Source: Histomonas meleagridis 2922-C6/04-290x
Taxonomy: Eukaryota; Protista; Parabasalia
DNA: 64,000 bases
Direction of reading: 5' to 3'
Assembly (NCBI GenBank): GCA_020184695.1
Contig: JAANOX010000142.1
Location: 372,001 to 436,000, forward strand
Under the pieces are notes generated by a model that was not told the origin of the DNA, did not search any database, and saw nothing but the letters and a program-made list of their open reading frames with translations. Every line of letters starts with the position of its first letter. The stretch's first letter is position 1. Below, piece by piece: positions 58,768-64,000 of the stretch. The position numbers and the translations under genes are program-made.

Positions 58768-59034
58768 CCTCAATAAGATAATGTGTTCAAAAGAAGTCGG
58801 TTGTTTTCAATTTTTGGTGGTTGCAGCTTTTTGAAAGCATTCAACATTTGACACTTTTGGGGAGGTGATATGAAGTTTTTAGATGTTGATCCAACTGTAT
58901 GTTTTTGAAAATTATCAAATAAAATATGTTGAAATAAAACAAATTTCATTTCTATTATATTTCTTTTATTAATATGAGTTATTAACGATTTTTAAAACGG
59001 AATAACTTTAGGAATATCTCTTTGTGGAATTATT

Positions 59035-61991
59035 TCATTGAGATTTTATTACAATATTCTCACATGAACTAGATTCCAATTTATTCGCTTTTTCATTAAT
59101 CATTCTTGCAACTTCAACATTACCATTAATTGATGCCAACATCTGTGCTGTATAGGAAAATTTGATTGAATTCCAAATATTTGATTGATACATATAATCA
59201 TTAAATTATATATCAAGATTATAATATGAATATCTTTCATATTTATATCAATGTCTTTCCTATTGATTAATAATAAAACTATTTCGCTTCTGGGTATTTC
59301 AGCTGCTAACATAAGTGCTGTTTTATATTTTATATATGAATTCCAAATTTTATTTGGAAAAATTATCATATTGAATAAAACATTGTGTATTACAAAAAAA
59401 TATTTTTCATATTGATATTAATATTTCTATTTTCAAGAAGTCTAATAACAATATCAATATGATTTTTTATGATTGCAATCATTAGTGCAGTTTGAAATTA
59501 TTTGATTGCACTCCAAATATTTTCTCGAAAAATCATATAATTAAAATGATTTTTAATCAATATGAATTAACATCAGCAATATTTACATTAATTTTATTAT
59601 GCATAAGAAGTTTTTTAATTATTTTTGTATAACCTTTCGATGATGCCAAAACTAATGCAGTGTCAAATACTTATAATAATTACCATATATTATTTAAAAA
59701 TATTTTATTATTGAAATCAATATCATATGGAACAAGAAAATATTTTTGTCATTAATATCGATTTTCTGATGCGAAAGAAGAAATTTAACTGTTTTATTGA
59801 AGCCATTTTTACATGCCAAGATAAGCGCAGTATTAAATTATTATAATAAATTCCAAATATTATCATGAAAAATTGAATATTCGAAATAAACATTAAAGAT
59901 ATCAAACAAATATATTTCATATTTACATCAATTTTCTTATTTGTAAGAAGATTAAAGACAATTTCATGGTATTTATTCATAATTGCAATCATAAGTGCAG
60001 TTTCGAATATATAAAATAATTTCCGAACATTTTATAGAGATATCATAATAATTAAATAAGTTTTAAATAATATATATTAATATTTTTAACATTTACATTA
60101 ATATTTTTATGCTTTAGAAGTAATTTAATTATTTCAATATACATTTTTTTAGATGCCCAAATAAGTGCTGTATTAAGTAATATCAATAATTTCCGAATAT
60201 TTTTTAAAAATTCGAAAATTAATAAGAAAATATCAAACAAAACAATTAAGTATCTTGAGCATTAATTTCAATTTTTTCATGTAAAACAAGTAAAATAACC
60301 ATATCAGTATAACCATTTAAAGATGCTATAATAAGAGGTGTTGCAAATAATTTAAATAATTTTTAAATAATCTTTTGAGATATCAAAAAACTATTATAAA
60401 ATTTTTATAAAGCAAAGAAATATTAGTGATATTAACATCAATACTACTTTTATTTAGAAGTAATTTAACAATTTCGTTATGACCATTTCCAATTGCAAGC
60501 ATTAGTGCTGTTTGGATTTAATTAAATAAATTCCATATATTTACTAAAAACATTAAAATTCAGAAATAACCATTAAAATAAATAATTATACATTTTTTGT
60601 ATTAACTAGAACTCCTTCTTGTTCAAGAATTAATTTCACTACTCCAGAGTATCCTCCGATAGATGCATACATCAGTGCTGTACAAAAATGTTTAAATGAA
60701 TTCCAAATATTTTTGTAAAGTCATGTTATTTTATAATGATAATCTTTAAAACAAAATAAGATACATCTTGTGTATTAAGATCAATTCCTTCTTTTGAAAG
60801 AAGTAGTTTAACAATTTCAATGTAACCATTCCCAGCTGCATATATAAGTGCTGTACAAAATAATTTTAATTTATCCGAACTAAATTAAAGAAATATAAAA
60901 TTAACAAAAGTCAGCTTCAAACAAAACATTGAAAGATTACTTGCATTTACATTAATCTTATTTTTCTTTAGAAGAATTTTAACAATATCTACTTGTCCAT
61001 TCAAAGCTTCAATGATAAGTACTGTATTAAATATTTGAAATAATTTCCAAATATATTTATGAAACTTCAAAACAAATTATCAATCATTAATTTTACATTA
61101 TAAACATCTTTGATATTCAAATCAATATTATCTTGTTCTATAAGAAGTTTTTCGATTTCAAAATTTCTTTGTTTACATGCAACGAGAAGTGCTGTATTAA
61201 ATATTTAAAGTAATTTCCATATGTATTTATGAAACTTCAAAACATTTTTTAAATCATTAAATTTTGATCACAAACATCTTTAATATTTAAGTCGATATTT
61301 CTTTGTTCAATAAGAAGTTTTGCAAAAATGAAATTTCTTTGTTTGCAAGCAATGAGAAGAGCTGTATCAAATATTTCATATAATTTCCTTATGTATTTAT
61401 GAAATTTTAAAAAATCAATAAAATCATTAAATTTAAATCACAAACATTTCTCGTATTCAAATCAATATTTTTTTGTTCAATAAGAATTTTTACTATATCA
61501 ACTTTTCCTTGATCAGCTGCAGCAAGAAGTGCTGTATTAAATATCCCAAGTAATTTCCGAATTTGATACTAAAAAATAATCATCTTTAATATTTAAGTTA
61601 ATTCCATTTTGCTCTAGAAGATATTTTACAACTTCTATTTGACCATTTGCAGATGCAAAAATTAGAAATGTGATAAATAGATTGATTATATTCCAAATCT
61701 TAGTTTAAAATTTCATGTAATGAATTTTAACTTTCTAAAATTGTAAATTACCATTTGGTGGTTAACATCAATATCGTATGCTGAAAAAATGGCTTTAAGT
61801 TCTCCAATATTCCCATTTATTGCAGCAAATTTTATTGTTTCTATAAAATTTGGTGTTAAATTAGCATTAAATGTTTTAATGAAATCGTGAAAATTTAAGA
61901 GTAACATAAGAAAAAACAAACCAACAGCACCTTCCTTTTTTTTCTGTGTTGGATAATTTGCAGGATAATCTGTACTTAAATTTGAACCCAT
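59035..61991 (-). CDS. Ankyrin-repeat gene split into 17 coding blocks by 16 non-canonical spacers
   Basis: Block 1 is 61991-61752 (MGSNLS...YDIDVNHQM), followed by 15 stop-free 30-codon ankyrin cores. Terminal block 59151-59035 (TAQMLASINGNVEVARM...KSQ*). CCTTT (M5-like) immediately precedes the ATG. Confidence 0.75.
59152..61751 (-). repeat. 170-bp periodic array: 90-nt ankyrin core plus ~80-nt spacer (16 spacers)
   Basis: Spacers in gene order: 61672-61751, 61536-61581 (46), 61366-61445, 61196-61275, 61026-61105, 60855-60935 (81), 60682-60764 (83), 60512-60591, 60342-60421, 60172-60251, 60002-60081, 59832-59911, 59662-59741, 59492-59571, 59322-59401, 59152-59231. All others are 80 nt. Confidence 0.92.
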
Positions 61992-63214
61992 AAAGGAATT
62001 AAAGTGGCATTTTTTTAAAAAGATTAAGTTTTAAAGAAAGTGACTTAACGTTCTCCGATTTTAAAACGAATTTATCTTTCTAACAAATGTGTTATTTGAG
62101 TTTATATATAGAAGATATACTCACAAAATATATTATATTAAAGAAACAAAATAGTGTCTTGAGAAAATGATCTCTTATGAAAAATCGAAATTTTAATAAA
62201 ATATATTTTTCTCAATTATTTTGTGAAATTTTTCCAAATTACATTATGAATATGTATAAATATAATATTGTTATTATAATTAATAAAATTAGCATGTGTA
62301 AATTTGTTACCTAATTTTTTTTATGATCAATCTCGAAAATTTCAAAATGCTTTTCCGGGCTTCAGAATTAAAAACAAAAGTTCACTTATAATCCATATAT
62401 GGATGGGCCTCAAGTTGCATGATGTTTTTAAATTATACCAAATTTTCAATATCTAATGATTAAAGCAAAAATTCAAAAATCTGTTGTTGCAATATTTTTT
62501 AATTGTTTTGTTATGTAGAATGAATTCCGATGCAATTTGTTCATTTTTGATCTGTACAAAAAAAGAAAAAATAACTTTTTGAATTGACTTTTCGGTTATG
62601 ACCATTGAAATCAGTGATAGTTCCACTTTTTGAATATAATGGCATTCTGTCAAAACCGATCAAAAAAGTGCTACTCATTTTCTACCAGTTGAATGATTTT
62701 TTTGTGGCATAAAATTTTATACGATCGTGGAGATATATTATTGACAAAGGAAATTACGTTTAAAAAGATAACAAGTGCATAGATCAGATGGAAAAAATAG
62801 AAAAACACATCTAAACGAGTTTGATTTCTTTATTTATCAAATAAATATTTATCACTAAATTTAAATATTGTCTTCAGACTGCATTTGAACATGTTAAGAG
62901 TTGATAAACATCTTCACGACAAAAAGTATTTTATGTACAATGCCTGATGAAGATTTTATCATGATGGCTAATTGGTGCAAGAAGAGAAAACAATCGAATT
63001 CTTTAGGAGGCATAAAATTTTTACTGCATTCAATGTGATCATTGATGAGAAAATATTTTTATTTTTCAATGTTAACATTAAATGTAAATTAAAAAGAATT
63101 TGTTACATTTAGTAAAAAATAAAAAAATGATAATGAATTCGGCCATGTAAAGAATATGTCAAATAAAGAAATTCAAAAATTTAGACAAATATTGATGATA
63201 TAATTAAAAATTAT

Positions 63215-64000
63215 TTATATTTGAATATGATTATCAAATTTATTGTCTTTGAAATCATTCGCAAATGGATCTTCTTCAATTTGATTCATGTTAAAATTTA
63301 TGATTTTGTCGATAACATTTCCTTCATTTTCTTCGTTGCTTTCGTTTTCTTCAAATGATGGTGAATTTTTTTTATATTTCCGTTGAGAAATATAAACAAA
63401 AAGAATTGAACAAACAATGCTTATAACCATAATAACGACACAAATAATTATAAGAATATTCTTTTCATTATCATTTTGAACATTTTCTTTGTTTTCATTG
63501 ATGATAAAATAATAATTTGAATAAAATGAATATGAAATTAAATATTGAATAATTGTATATTTATAAAATATGAATTCTGAATACGTGAAATAACTCTTTA
63601 AATTACTAAATGTTAAATATAATGATTGCGATAAAAATGTATTAATAAGAAGTGTTTTTGTATTTGTTATAGTTTGAATTAATACAAATGAATGAGTTAA
63701 AGATTTATTATTTAGAAATGTATTTGATTCAGTAAATGTATTCGATTTAGTAAATGTATTTGTTGGTCTATTCAATGTAAAATTATAATAATGTATGATT
63801 AGAATTTTAATTTCAGCAGAATCATATCGTTTATAAAATGTTTCTCCATTTATTGTTGCTTTAAGTGTTAATTCTTCATATTTTTGTGCAAGAACATATA
63901 CATTATAAACTCTTGTGCCTCGTGAAACATCATTCGTATATTCTCCATTCGTAATTTCATATTCATTAATAATACTTGCATTGGAATCAGCACTGACTGC
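63215..64000 (-). CDS. 3' end of a type-I membrane/surface protein (5' part outside window)
   Basis: Frame is open from 64000 to 63215. Contains FTxSxxFT repeats, a TM segment ILIIICVVIMVISIVCSILFVYI, a basic stop-transfer and an acidic tail with DPFxxDF. Confidence 0.75.
   Translation of the reverse strand, partial: AVSADSNASIINEYEITNGEYTNDVSRGTRVYNVYVLAQKYEELTLKATINGETFYKRYDSAEIKILIIHYYNFTLNRPTNTFTKSNTFTESNTFLNNKSLTHSFVLIQTITNTKTLLINTFLSQSLYLTFSNLKSYFTYSEFIFYKYTIIQYLISYSFYSNYYFIINENKENVQNDNEKNILIIICVVIMVISIVCSILFVYISQRKYKKNSPSFEENESNEENEGNVIDKIINFNMNQIEEDPFANDFKDNKFDNHIQI

Noticed and set aside
59100-61070. Short track ORFs (59100-59369, 59723-59992, 60052-60240, 60885-61070; also 26927-27151, 27097-27297) as separate genes
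   Set aside because: Each is one ankyrin core plus spacer read-through from the larger split genes.
59152-61751. Matched-codon (T4 gene 60-type) bypass or -1 frameshifting through the spacer as a universal mechanism
   Set aside because: Take-off and landing codons do not match consistently, and stops block both frames in several spacers. A non-matched hop is not excluded.
62000-63200. Transposase remnant or another spacer-split gene upstream of the second ankyrin gene
   Set aside because: Only short, non-specific reading frames. No ankyrin cores, terminal repeats or recognisable motifs.
1-64000. tRNA or rRNA genes
   Set aside because: The GTTCGA-like hits I noticed (e.g. near 1624, 3556, 53095) lack cloverleaf context, and no rRNA-like sequence was seen.

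Overview
AT-rich, gene-dense eukaryotic DNA with almost no canonical introns. Inferred to be a parabasalid (Trichomonas/Tritrichomonas-like) from Inr/M3/M5-type promoter motifs, DUF3447-type ankyrin, R2R3-Myb and divergent Rab genes. About 24 protein-coding loci are present, including CHMP1, PFDN5, a DHHC-like PAT, a multi-Ubl fusion, a Dpy-30-motif protein, a ~4270-aa repeat protein, a neurofibromin-like protein, CCT3, Myb, an MCRS1-like FHA protein, an HP1-like protein, a Rab, a DH-PH-Kelch protein and capping protein beta. No rRNA, tRNA or CRISPR array was seen. Main result: two separate ankyrin-repeat genes (24886-27583 +, 59035-61991 -) are missed by the ORF track because every repeat is cut at the same point, between ...INxKD and TAL..., by an intervening sequence. 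There are 24 such spacers, counted by hand, and 19 are exactly 80 nt. They break frame, many contain stops, and they cannot be removed in frame by GT-AG splicing. They carry a fixed-position (A/T)TTTGGAA motif, while all flanking 29-30-codon repeat cores stay stop-free. This suggests an uncharacterised non-canonical intron, ribosomal bypass or cassette system. The mechanism is inference and needs RNA-seq or proteomics.
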